The notes beneath the pieces are model-generated. The model was not told the origin of the DNA. It saw only the letters and a program-made list of their open reading frames with translations, and did not search any database. A DNA stretch of 44,004 nucleotides from a virus (lineage: Duplodnaviria > Caudoviricetes), in IMG/VR virus record IMGVR_UViG_3300017648_000002, positions 1-44,004 of that record; one strand, given 5' to 3'. Positions 35,237-43,881 of the stretch are shown here, piece by piece. The translations under genes were made by a program, and so were the position numbers. Numbering within the stretch: position 1 is the first letter of the stretch; every line of letters starts with the position of its first letter.

Positions 35237-35299
35237 AGCGTCGGGAGTTGGCGTGTATCGAGGGCGATCAAATCCCTCGAACCTTTGACTGTTTGTCAC
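35234..35299 (-). pseudogene. Remnant 5' end of a rep allele (MTNSQRFEGFDRPRYTPTPDAL)
   Basis: Matches the rep N-terminus MNGQNEERFEGFTRPQYTPCPDQL; GGGAAG SD-like sequence upstream. Confidence 0.65.
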
Positions 35300-35342
35300 A
35301 GCTTCCCTAAACGCAAGAGTATTCTGCGTCTAGTGTAACTGC

Positions 35343-35597
35343 TTACCCGTACTTTCTCAACAGATCGTCAATGGCCTCTTGAGCAAGCTCGGAAATCTTC
35401 TTGCCAGTCGAGTACTTGAGCATCCCCAGCGCCTTGATCTGATCCTCACGCAGGTCAAAGCTCGCGCGTTTGACTCGCACCTCATCCTCTGCACCAGGGG
35501 ACATATCCCCAGAGGTTGGGACAGGATCTTGCTGGATGTGTTCTGGGGTTCGAAACAGCGACGTATCCAGTTCCTTTGCCTTACGTCTGCCTGACAT
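35343..35597 (-). CDS. Ribbon-helix-helix partition protein (type Ib ParB/ParG-like)
   Basis: 'VKRASFDLREDQIKAL..LK...GKKISELAQEAIDDLL'; overlaps the parA 3' end. Confidence 0.7.
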   Translation of the reverse strand: MSGRRKAKELDTSLFRTPEHIQQDPVPTSGDMSPGAEDEVRVKRASFDLREDQIKALGMLKYSTGKKISELAQEAIDDLLRKYG

Positions 35598-36330
35598 GCT
35601 CTGCAACCTCTCTAAAGGCACTGCTGGCCTCATCGTCGGGGTAGAGCAGGACGAACGGCGTGTGCTCATTGACCGACTCATCAAACCGCACGGTAGCTCG
35701 TACCGGACTGAACAGACGGATGCCTTGCTGGGTAGTGAAGGTATCCAGGTACTCAAGCACCTGACGAGCGTGGATCAGACGACGGTCATACTTGGTTGGC
35801 AGGATGCCCAGCACCGTAAGCTCCGGGTTGATTGAGTAACGCCTGATCTTCTCGATCGTCTCCATCAGGGTGGCAAGGCCACGCAGGCTCAGGAGTTGAG
35901 TTGAGACGGGAATCAACACACTGTCTGCTACGGCAAACGCGTTCATCGTGAGTAGTCCCAGTGTTGGCGGTGTATCGATCACGATCTGGTCATAGCTATC
36001 CAGTACCGGGGAGAGTGCCCGTCTGAGTGCAAACTCCCGTCCTGGTGTCGCAGCCAGCGCAAGTTCAGCCTCGGCAAGATCAATGTTTGACGGTGCCAGG
36101 TCAAAGCCGTAGGATGTCGGGAGAATCACATCACGGATATTCGCGCGCTCGGTGAGTGCGTCATAGATCGTCGTTGAGAGGCTGTCTGGATCGATCCCCA
36201 GTGAGATCGAGCAGGCACCTTGTGGGTCGAGGTCAACGAGCAGTGTTCGCTGTCCCAGGCAGGAAGCCAGGTTGACAGACGTTGCTGTTTTGCCGACCCC
36301 ACCTTTCTGACTGGCTGTTGCAATGATCAT
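35581..36330 (-). CDS. parA: ParA/Soj partition ATPase
   Basis: 'SQKGGVGKT', 'LLVDLDPQG', 'IDTPPTLG', 'ADSVLIPV'; ATG 7 nt after TACAAT. Confidence 0.93.
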   Translation of the reverse strand: MIIATASQKGGVGKTATSVNLASCLGQRTLLVDLDPQGACSISLGIDPDSLSTTIYDALTERANIRDVILPTSYGFDLAPSNIDLAEAELALAATPGREFALRRALSPVLDSYDQIVIDTPPTLGLLTMNAFAVADSVLIPVSTQLLSLRGLATLMETIEKIRRYSINPELTVLGILPTKYDRRLIHARQVLEYLDTFTTQQGIRLFSPVRATVRFDESVNEHTPFVLLYPDDEASSAFREVAEHVRQT

Positions 36331-36381
36331 GATGATGATTGTAACGAACAAACGTTTGAGATCCTAGTTGGGATATGACGC

Positions 36382-37170
36382 ATGGGCTTCACCTCTGAGC
36401 TAGTCACTCAAGGACGTTGGACGAAACGAAGAGATGGTGTGAGTCGCGAACTTACCTGTCACCCTGACGGCACATTGACAGAATGGGACCCCGCACGTCC
36501 TCACGAGAAGTGGAGTGGCACCTGGGACATCACGCGTAACGGCGAGATGCTGAATCTGCGGATTGGGAACTACCACACGCAGATCGAGGTGACTGATTCT
36601 GGCCTGATCGGTTACGAGGCGGTTCCACGTGAGCATGTCCGAGTCGGAGAAAAGACTCCGGTCATCTCGTTTACGATCAAGCATATCCTTGAGCAACATC
36701 CAGTCACTGACACACCACGTCGGCAGTACCTTCCATTTCTTGTCGCGCCACCGAGATTCCCTAGCCGTGCGGATCTTCCGATCAGTGGTCCTCGGGGATT
36801 TGTAAAAGCTGTAACGGCGATTTTGGACGAACTCGAATCCAAGAGACCCAATCGATACAAGGAAGTCGTCGAGTATCTCCCAAAGGCCACGTACGATCCT
36901 GAGGCATTGAAGCAGGCAAGCGGCGAGGGTTGGGCTGGTAACTCTAGTGGTTTATTCGGCGTTGACGGCTCACGCCTAGATTCGTTCTTTTATATCTTCC
37001 TGCATGAGGTTGGACACAACGTGGCTGGGCATCACGCGAGCCCCGGCAAGGATCTCGACAGGCCCGTCAAGGAGGCACAGGCTCATGCATATGCTGAAGC
37101 CGTCCTGCGGGAACTTGGACGAAAGACCATTTACCCGGAGGGCTACAACTATACCCGCTACGAAACATAA
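36382..37170 (+). CDS. Putative HExxH zinc metallopeptidase (ImmA/IrrE-like C-terminal domain)
   Basis: 'FLHEVGHN...EAQAHAYA'. Confidence 0.6.
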   Translation: MGFTSELVTQGRWTKRRDGVSRELTCHPDGTLTEWDPARPHEKWSGTWDITRNGEMLNLRIGNYHTQIEVTDSGLIGYEAVPREHVRVGEKTPVISFTIKHILEQHPVTDTPRRQYLPFLVAPPRFPSRADLPISGPRGFVKAVTAILDELESKRPNRYKEVVEYLPKATYDPEALKQASGEGWAGNSSGLFGVDGSRLDSFFYIFLHEVGHNVAGHHASPGKDLDRPVKEAQAHAYAEAVLRELGRKTIYPEGYNYTRYET

Positions 37171-37287
37171 CGAGGCAAAAGTGCCGATTTCGTTAGTTGA
37201 CAGGCTACAGCTTATGTCAACGGATTATGGGATATGTACCGTGAGTGTGATTTGAGGCTTGTAGAAGCCAAAACGGGGCGTTGTGGG

Positions 37288-37315
37288 AATTCTTATAAGA
37301 TACATTATGCGAATT
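37288..37315 (-). other. dif-like Xer recombination site
   Basis: AATTCGCATAA-TGTATC-TTATAAGAATT versus E. coli dif GGTGCGCATAA-TGTATA-TTATGTTAAAT. Confidence 0.65.
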
Positions 37316-37462
37316 TCACGGTCGTTCGGAGGTTGAGCGGGATGTCCTCATAATGACTGTTGCCACTGTCAAACGCCAGTGGTCTGCGCTTGACTCTCTT
37401 TTGCTCGTAGTAGGACGCGTGGTAGTACCCACGGCTGTCGGTCGTGTAGTCGTCCATAGGTC

Positions 37463-37732
37463 TTAGATCGGGAGCTTCTCGATTGGCGCTCCCTTGTCAC
37501 CACCATTGAAGTAGTTACGAATTGCCTTTCCAGACGCTCCGACGAACCCAGCCACAAACGCAGAGGTCAGTGCCAGGACAAACGGCTTGTAGTTGGACAG
37601 GTCAGGTTGAAGCACGACAGTCACCGTCAGTGCGGTAGCAACCCCTCCAGCGATGCCAGAGCGGACGAACTGCCAGACCAACCGCTTGTAATACGGGTAG
37701 TTGATCGTTGGTTGTTTAGCCACGTTGCTCAC
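37463..37732 (-). CDS. Holin-like two-TM protein
   Basis: Two hydrophobic helices; directly after the endolysin gene. Confidence 0.6.
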   Translation of the reverse strand: MSNVAKQPTINYPYYKRLVWQFVRSGIAGGVATALTVTVVLQPDLSNYKPFVLALTSAFVAGFVGASGKAIRNYFNGGDKGAPIEKLPI

Positions 37733-38576
37733 CTCCTCTAATCACACGCATGATTTTGCGGATCAGAAGTGCGAGTGCGTCATCTTCCAGTCGCTTTAGC
37801 TCGGCGTCACGTTCTTCAATTGCCTTGGAAAGCATCACGTTCTCGTCGATGTAGCCCTGCCTGGACTCTTTGGTGTCTGAGAGCTCCTGCATGACAGCGG
37901 GAAGCTTCAACGCATCAGTCTTATAGGTCTTAACCTGCCGTTTGGCTTCATCACGCTCAGCCTCAACGGTTTTCTTCTGCGCTTGCAGTTCGGTGATCTC
38001 GCGGTCTTTACTAGCGATAGATTCGTTCAGGTTGCGGACGGTTTCTTCGTGCAGAGGTTTGTCAACAAACTCACCAGCTTGCACCCGTACCAGTACATCA
38101 ACGGCGACCTTCATGCTCTCAGCGTTTGAGAGGTCATAGCCTTTGTAGGTCATTGATCCGTCACCTCCCCCTGCTTTAGCTCGAAGCCAGCCAGTGACTC
38201 CGGTGTAGGTGTGAGTGACGAGTTTGCAGGGGGAACCGGTGGGGAAATTCTGGTCAAATGAGGTGAAACGGTTTATGTCACCAGACACCGCAACAGCGAT
38301 ATGACCAGCAGAGCCAGTAATTCCTGCCACGTTGCCTCTCCAGACGGGGATATCGCCTTTCTGGATGATTGCTTCGGGGGTATTGGGTATCCAGCTGTAT
38401 GCACTTCCAGCCTTACTGGGGAAGTCTTTGGCGTTGGTCCATTCGATGATCGGCAATCTCAGCACGTCACGGATGTAGCCATTGGCAAGGTCTACGCACT
38501 GGTTCTCTGCCCCTGGTGAACCTGCCACCTCAAGGTATTTGCCACTGTGCTGTTTGATGAACTCGTCTAAGGTCAT
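37716..38576 (-). CDS. Endolysin: CHAP amidase plus C-terminal coiled coil
   Basis: 'QCVDL', 'NAKD', 'GDIPVW', 'GHIAVA', 'FDQNFP', 'GWLR'. Confidence 0.85.
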   Translation of the reverse strand: MTLDEFIKQHSGKYLEVAGSPGAENQCVDLANGYIRDVLRLPIIEWTNAKDFPSKAGSAYSWIPNTPEAIIQKGDIPVWRGNVAGITGSAGHIAVAVSGDINRFTSFDQNFPTGSPCKLVTHTYTGVTGWLRAKAGGGDGSMTYKGYDLSNAESMKVAVDVLVRVQAGEFVDKPLHEETVRNLNESIASKDREITELQAQKKTVEAERDEAKRQVKTYKTDALKLPAVMQELSDTKESRQGYIDENVMLSKAIEERDAELKRLEDDALALLIRKIMRVIRGGEQRG

Positions 38577-38836
38577 GATGTTTTACGAGGTCTCCCCCGT
38601 CGCTTTTGCTTGCTCTCGACTTCGTTCAGGCGTCTTTCAAGGCTTCCGATCGCATGAGCCAGTTGCTCCAGCTTGTCAGCCATCTTGGATGTTGACTCAT
38701 CAAAGCGGGTGGTGAAGCGATCCATGAAGCGTTCCATGCTCTGGTCACGGCTCTTGAGATACAAAATGAAAAGGGCAACGATTGCCCCCGTTCCGCCGAG
38801 ATTGGTGATCGTGTCAATTGATGTTGGGTCTGTCAT
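38573..38836 (-). CDS. Holin-like single-TM coiled-coil protein
   Basis: 'LGGTGAIVALFILYL' followed by a coiled coil; upstream of the endolysin gene. Confidence 0.55.
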   Translation of the reverse strand: MTDPTSIDTITNLGGTGAIVALFILYLKSRDQSMERFMDRFTTRFDESTSKMADKLEQLAHAIGSLERRLNEVESKQKRRGRPRKTS

Positions 38837-38908
38837 AATTCGGTTGATAATGTCCGCCCCCCCTATTCTCCCTTGTCGTCTAAGACGAGTGTGAGAAATG
38901 GGTAAGGA

Positions 38909-40030
38909 TTAGAACTTGTATGTCAGCCTTAACCCGTTAGGGAACAGCCGACATCCTCCAGAGTTCGTAAACGTTCCTGAGGGAGCTAGATACGAATTTA
39001 CGACGGTTTCGGTCGGATCTACGATGTGGTTGGCCATCGCCTGTGAGCCGTTGTTGATTGCGACGTTGATAGACCCAGCATATCCAGCGCTTGTAATAGG
39101 CAACGACCACGTTTTCCCTGTCGAATTACTGGTCCCGTTGCCTGAGTCGTCAACAACAACTGAACATTCATTACCGATCACGGAGAAATGCCCGATAACG
39201 TCAGTAGGGTTAGATGAGAATCCCGTGAGCGTAGGCGTGTAGTTGAAGGTGCCTGGATACCCTTGGGGGTTTGCCTGGTAGCTGTAGAACGGGTTCGTGA
39301 TTGCTGCGTTGGCCAGGGTGTAGTCCGTGCCTGCGGTGATGTTGACGGTCGTGTTGGTGGAGAAGCTAGAGCTTGTCACAACGAAGTACTTGGTACTCGT
39401 CTGAGTCAGCTTGATGCGAGTTCCTTTGGTGTAGACGGCCGTGCGGTCGACTCCTGCGATCGTGAAGCTGGTTGCTGAAGCATAGGTCAGGGTATCGGTG
39501 ATCTCGGTCCAGCCATCAGTGTTCCCAGCGTTGGCATCCACATACGCCTTGACACTCTGCTGGGTCGGAACCTTGGTAGCCGAATCTGACGCCATGTCGT
39601 CCTCGTCGAGAATCGCGTCTCCTGTGAGATCGCCGTTGAGCATCGGACTGGTCAGCGTCTTGTTGGTGAGCGTCTGTGTTCCTGTCAGCGTTACCAGTAC
39701 ACCGTCATCTTTTGGCGTACCGTCATCATTGAAAACAGCCTCGTACGCATCAGCCAGGTCGTCAAAGTACTCAGGAACGTTGAAGTCTACGAGTGCGGCA
39801 CCGATGCCGTGATCAGTTGCTGATGTTCCGCCTTGCGCACGTATGACCGTGATCGAATTTGTCGATTTGGCTGTGACCTTGACCAGCTCTTCCTTGTCCG
39901 TCTTGGGTTCAAGAAGCAGATAGCACGGCACATTGACCGGCACGGCATTGGGATAGAGCGTTGTCTGTGTATCGTCTGCTGCCTGATAGAGAGTCGTGGA
40001 AAAGCGCTTGTTTGGTCTGGCAAGGGACAT
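38909..40030 (-). CDS. Tail fibre/spike-like structural protein
   Basis: T/S/G-rich; 'TQTLTNKTLTSP', 'DEDDMASDSATKVPTQQSVKAYVD' repeats typical of phage fibres. Confidence 0.75.
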   Translation of the reverse strand: MSLARPNKRFSTTLYQAADDTQTTLYPNAVPVNVPCYLLLEPKTDKEELVKVTAKSTNSITVIRAQGGTSATDHGIGAALVDFNVPEYFDDLADAYEAVFNDDGTPKDDGVLVTLTGTQTLTNKTLTSPMLNGDLTGDAILDEDDMASDSATKVPTQQSVKAYVDANAGNTDGWTEITDTLTYASATSFTIAGVDRTAVYTKGTRIKLTQTSTKYFVVTSSSFSTNTTVNITAGTDYTLANAAITNPFYSYQANPQGYPGTFNYTPTLTGFSSNPTDVIGHFSVIGNECSVVVDDSGNGTSNSTGKTWSLPITSAGYAGSINVAINNGSQAMANHIVDPTETVVNSYLAPSGTFTNSGGCRLFPNGLRLTYKF

Positions 40031-40037
40031 ATACTCG

Positions 40038-40067
40038 ATTGTAGGGGATGAACCCGAAGCGGTTAAC
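40038..40067 (-). promoter_or_regulatory. Late promoter motif GTTAAC-N18-TACAAT, leaderless ATG 7 nt downstream
   Basis: Conserved spacing. Confidence 0.8.
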
Positions 40068-40069
40068 GC

Positions 40070-43000
40070 CTAGCGACTTGCATAGCGCCTGATGAGCTCG
40101 TCGACATCGGTCGTTGAGCCGATACGGGCACTGTTGACCAGTGAGCTTCCCGCCTTGCTGGATATGGATGGCAGTGAGCCAAGTGAGCGCTGGGTAACCC
40201 GCGTACTCCCCTGCTTTACCTGCTCAGGCTGTGCATTACTCGCTGCGGTGCGGATCTTGCCAATGGCTGAAGCAATCTGCGCTTTGGTTGCTCCCTTTCG
40301 TCCACCGCTCCCCGATCCACCACGGCTCTGCTCCAGGCTGGTAATCAGCGCTTCAGCTTCTTCTGCGGTCAACTGCCCCTGCTTATACAAGGTAACGACA
40401 TCGTTGATCCTGGATGTGATCTCGGACTTGAACTTGGAGGTCAATTTCTTATCCAGTTCGCTGTTGCCGGTCAGCTCTGGAGGTTTGACCGCAAAATCCA
40501 GATCGATCACTTTCACCTGATCGTTTTCCGCGTCATAGAAGACGTATGGTGTCTTCTTGCCGTTCGTTGCCAACCCCGAAGCATCAGCTTGCCCTGGTTG
40601 ATCCTCGGTAATCGTGTCCAGTCCCTGTGCTTTCAGCTCCTCGCGGGCAAAATCTTTAGCGCGATTGACGACCCGCTCGACAATCGAACGCTGGGTGTCG
40701 GTGTCTGATGCCTGATAGGACGCAGAACTGACAACACCCGGGAGAAGTGCCTGGGTGTAAGAACCTGCCCTGCGCTGGTATTCCCGCTGTTGTGGTCGCG
40801 TCAGTTCCTCTCCTGCGATCTCATCGCCAACGTAATTGAGGTTGTAGCCAACCCGTTTGAGTTCCTGGACAAGCGCGTCAGGGTTTGGTGTGCGGGAGTT
40901 GAACGGATCGGTGAGTGCGCTGACGAGTCCACCTTCCTGCTTGATCGGATTGCCGAACTGATCGAGCTTGGCAGGCAGACGCTCACGAAGCCCGGGAAGA
41001 CGCTCCATGATGTTCTCGACGATCCCCTCTGGGTCACGACGATAATCATCTGTGCCACGAGCAATATCAGCTGAGAGGGTCGGGATCAGCCCTGAGACTG
41101 TATTCTCGGCAAAAGCCGGAGCAAACCGGTCGGGTTCTGACACTGCCTTGAGCCCAGAGGACAGCCCCTTGAGAAACGTCTGCTCGGTAATCGCCTTTGT
41201 CGCACCAAACCCGGTCTTCACTGGATCGAGGTCGTTGTTGTAGGCCTCAGCCCCCAGGATCAACAGATTCCCGACTGGGGAGACTCGATTGAGTGATCGC
41301 CATTTCCCACCCACCATGATGCTGTTGGCGCTCTCTCCTTCAAGATCCTGCTGGGCACGCTCAGACGAGGATGCAGACGATGGCCCGGTAATCAGACCAT
41401 TCTTAGCCAGCTCATAGCCTGCCCAGACGAGCCCAGTTCCGGTGACTGAGCGACCAAAGGACTCAGAAAGCATCTTCTGATCGACCGAGCCTCTCTTCAG
41501 CGCTGCCTGCACGAGTGTCTTCACAAACCCTGCTGGTGAGTAATCAAGGAGAGCCGTTGCCACATTGGTCGGCGTACGCGTGAAGGGCGCCAGGATATCC
41601 AGTCCGGCACGAACCGCACCGCCTCCAGAGCGCTTCGCACCTTTAATCGCATCAGAGAGTGCGTTCTCCTTGGTAAAGGTTGCGTAGCGTGCATCCAGAT
41701 CAGCACGGGCAAGCATCGACTCGGTTGGTGCAGTGCGAAGACTGGAGAGTTCCTCTGCAGAGGCACCATTGAGCTTGGCAAGCTTGAGCTGTTCTTCAAG
41801 TGACCTGGTGAATGCACTGCGGTAGAAGACCTTGTCAGCTGCGCCAAGACCACGAAAGATCGTGTCAACGTAGCGTTGGGCAGCGCGGCCAGCAACCGAA
41901 TCACCGAAGCGAATCGGTTTGTGGACTTCAGCCTTGCCAATATCCTGAGGATCTATCCCTGTTCGTAAGTAATCGTAGGCTTCTCCTGCGCCTTTCTTTG
42001 CGCCCGTGACAATCCCTGTTAACTGACGACCCGAGACAGTCTTGGATCGCTTGCCCGTCAGGACAGATGCCCCCAGATCAAACAGCGTTGCCGGGAGATC
42101 TTTGACTGCCTCCAGCCCACTAAACGCGGTATTGGAAATAACGTTAGCCTCGTGCGTCCGCAGACCAGTGAGCAGGCCTGCTTTCCACAGTGCGACTGCT
42201 TTCTCTGCGCCACTGGATTCCCCCAGACGGGAAACGAACGTAGCCAGACCCAAACGATCATTGTTCTTGATGTAGTCGTTGATTGCGGTCACCACATCGG
42301 TTGGGATCTCCTTGCCCTCTGGCAGATCGATCTGCTGGCGCGCCTTGGACAGCCAGTAGCCAGGATCCATCGTCTTGTTGGCAATGATCCGGAAGGACGC
42401 AACAGCACGTCCAGCCTCCGTGCCACCCTTGATGCGTTTGGAAAGTGCCTGGTGCAGAAGCTGTTCTTCAGCGCGGAGCTGGTTCTGGATCGTGGTGTTC
42501 ATTGGGTCAGCCTTGAGCTTGCGACTCAAGCCTGCAATCCGCTTGCTGGAGGTAGAGATCACGTTGCCGAGTGCAACCACTTCCTTATCGGTGATGCGTC
42601 CATTTTCAATGTCTTTGAGCAGGCGTTGTGGAGTCGTGCCAAGCTCAGCTGCGGCAGCCTTCATATCCTCAAATGAACGAACGTTTCTTGTATCAAGCCC
42701 CAGTGTCTTCTGGAGATTGACCAGGGTTCGGCGCTGACGGTTGTTGAGTGCAAACTTGTCCGTCTTGAGTGATTGAGGCACCCGTTTAGTGTTTGGTGAT
42801 CCGACAAGCCCTACCGAACCGTCTGGGAGTGCGTCAATCCGTTTGTAGTGACGATCGAGAAGATCTTCGACAACCCGCTTGACCTTTGCATTGGAGGCAT
42901 TCTTGTAGCCCGGCGTATATGCCTCAATAACGTTCTGGATCGTCTTCCAGGCCTCCCCACGTGCGTTACGATCTGCTCCTTTGGTGTTGATGACATCAAG

Positions 43001-43702
43001 TGCTGCCTCGACATCACGCACGTCCATCGGGTGCACGTTGTTGACTCGTGGTGAGTAGCCCTTTGGCACCCCACGACTGAGCCCTTTATAGACAGCTCCC
43101 AGTGCACCCCGTGTGCCCAAGCCAAAGGCAAGATCTGTTACCGGATTGAACTCCCGCCCCGTCGCTTTGGAAGCAGTCAGCATTGTGCCTGTTTGAGCAA
43201 CCTCACCTAAAAGGGCACCAATCGCCTTCGACGCTGTTGGAGCACCAGCTCGAACCGCCAGATTGCTCCCCCACTTCGTGCCCAGTGTGCCGACTCGTCC
43301 CAGTATCTGATTTCCAGCGCCGATCGGGTTGAAGACACCCAGCACATTCCCCGCGATGTTGGCACCGCGCTCGATCCGATTGGTGGGCTCAATGTTCTTC
43401 GTCGGATTCACAAACCCCAGTGAGAGGCCAGAGATCAGGCCACCAGCCATCTGTCCAGCGGGTTTGACGACCGGATTTACCAGTCGATCGATACGCTCAT
43501 TGCCAAATGACTGCCCACGAGCCATGAGTGCCGGGAGATTGTTTTGTAGTGAGCTTTGCCAGGCTTGTGAGAGGGTTGGCTTATCAGGCGCGACACGGAA
43601 GTTGGCGATTGTGTTGCGCAGATTGGCAGTGTTCTGGTTTGCCGAAGCAAGCGTCTTTGGACGGCTCAGATAGGACGTTATGCGATCGAGAAGGGATGCC
43701 AT
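40070..43702 (-). CDS. Large internal virion/DNA-ejection protein (1210 aa)
   Basis: Long A/G/L-rich helical protein in the virion module; 'PFTRTPTN' and 'RLPGL...LP...D.FG' patterns seen in podoviral ejection proteins. Confidence 0.65.
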   Translation of the reverse strand: MASLLDRITSYLSRPKTLASANQNTANLRNTIANFRVAPDKPTLSQAWQSSLQNNLPALMARGQSFGNERIDRLVNPVVKPAGQMAGGLISGLSLGFVNPTKNIEPTNRIERGANIAGNVLGVFNPIGAGNQILGRVGTLGTKWGSNLAVRAGAPTASKAIGALLGEVAQTGTMLTASKATGREFNPVTDLAFGLGTRGALGAVYKGLSRGVPKGYSPRVNNVHPMDVRDVEAALDVINTKGADRNARGEAWKTIQNVIEAYTPGYKNASNAKVKRVVEDLLDRHYKRIDALPDGSVGLVGSPNTKRVPQSLKTDKFALNNRQRRTLVNLQKTLGLDTRNVRSFEDMKAAAAELGTTPQRLLKDIENGRITDKEVVALGNVISTSSKRIAGLSRKLKADPMNTTIQNQLRAEEQLLHQALSKRIKGGTEAGRAVASFRIIANKTMDPGYWLSKARQQIDLPEGKEIPTDVVTAINDYIKNNDRLGLATFVSRLGESSGAEKAVALWKAGLLTGLRTHEANVISNTAFSGLEAVKDLPATLFDLGASVLTGKRSKTVSGRQLTGIVTGAKKGAGEAYDYLRTGIDPQDIGKAEVHKPIRFGDSVAGRAAQRYVDTIFRGLGAADKVFYRSAFTRSLEEQLKLAKLNGASAEELSSLRTAPTESMLARADLDARYATFTKENALSDAIKGAKRSGGGAVRAGLDILAPFTRTPTNVATALLDYSPAGFVKTLVQAALKRGSVDQKMLSESFGRSVTGTGLVWAGYELAKNGLITGPSSASSSERAQQDLEGESANSIMVGGKWRSLNRVSPVGNLLILGAEAYNNDLDPVKTGFGATKAITEQTFLKGLSSGLKAVSEPDRFAPAFAENTVSGLIPTLSADIARGTDDYRRDPEGIVENIMERLPGLRERLPAKLDQFGNPIKQEGGLVSALTDPFNSRTPNPDALVQELKRVGYNLNYVGDEIAGEELTRPQQREYQRRAGSYTQALLPGVVSSASYQASDTDTQRSIVERVVNRAKDFAREELKAQGLDTITEDQPGQADASGLATNGKKTPYVFYDAENDQVKVIDLDFAVKPPELTGNSELDKKLTSKFKSEITSRINDVVTLYKQGQLTAEEAEALITSLEQSRGGSGSGGRKGATKAQIASAIGKIRTAASNAQPEQVKQGSTRVTQRSLGSLPSISSKAGSSLVNSARIGSTTDVDELIRRYASR

Positions 43703-43707
43703 ATTCG

Positions 43708-43737
43708 ATGATACAGGCGCGCAGTGGAGAGGTTAAC
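43708..43737 (-). promoter_or_regulatory. Late promoter motif GTTAAC-N18-TATCAT, leaderless ATG 5 nt downstream
   Basis: Near-identical to the copy at 4189-4218. Confidence 0.8.
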
Positions 43738-43748
43738 GATCTGTGGTG

Positions 43749-43881
43749 TTAGGCGAACAGGTCGTCGAGTCGTGAACGCTGACGATTGTTATCGAAGTTG
43801 TAGTAGCCGATCGGGCTTGAAGCTGTCTGTGCACCGGTTGAAGACAGTGCGCTCGTTACTGGCTGGTAGGCAGCGTCTTGA
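43749..43881 (-). CDS. 3' end of the origin-spanning internal virion protein
   Basis: In frame with the ORF starting at 1028 after circularisation (1161 nt in total). Confidence 0.7.

Noticed and set aside
34571-35299. 242 aa antisense ORF as a real folded protein
   Set aside because: After the first ~22 rep-like residues it is just the reverse strand of the HNH gene; kept only as a possible coupling device
42018-42023. Ninth GTTAAC as a late promoter
   Set aside because: Intragenic, with no -10 hexamer 18 nt downstream
40070-43702. Tape measure protein or virion RNA polymerase
   Set aside because: No tail tube or chaperone genes, no periodic repeats and no recognisable polymerase motifs; an ejection protein fits better
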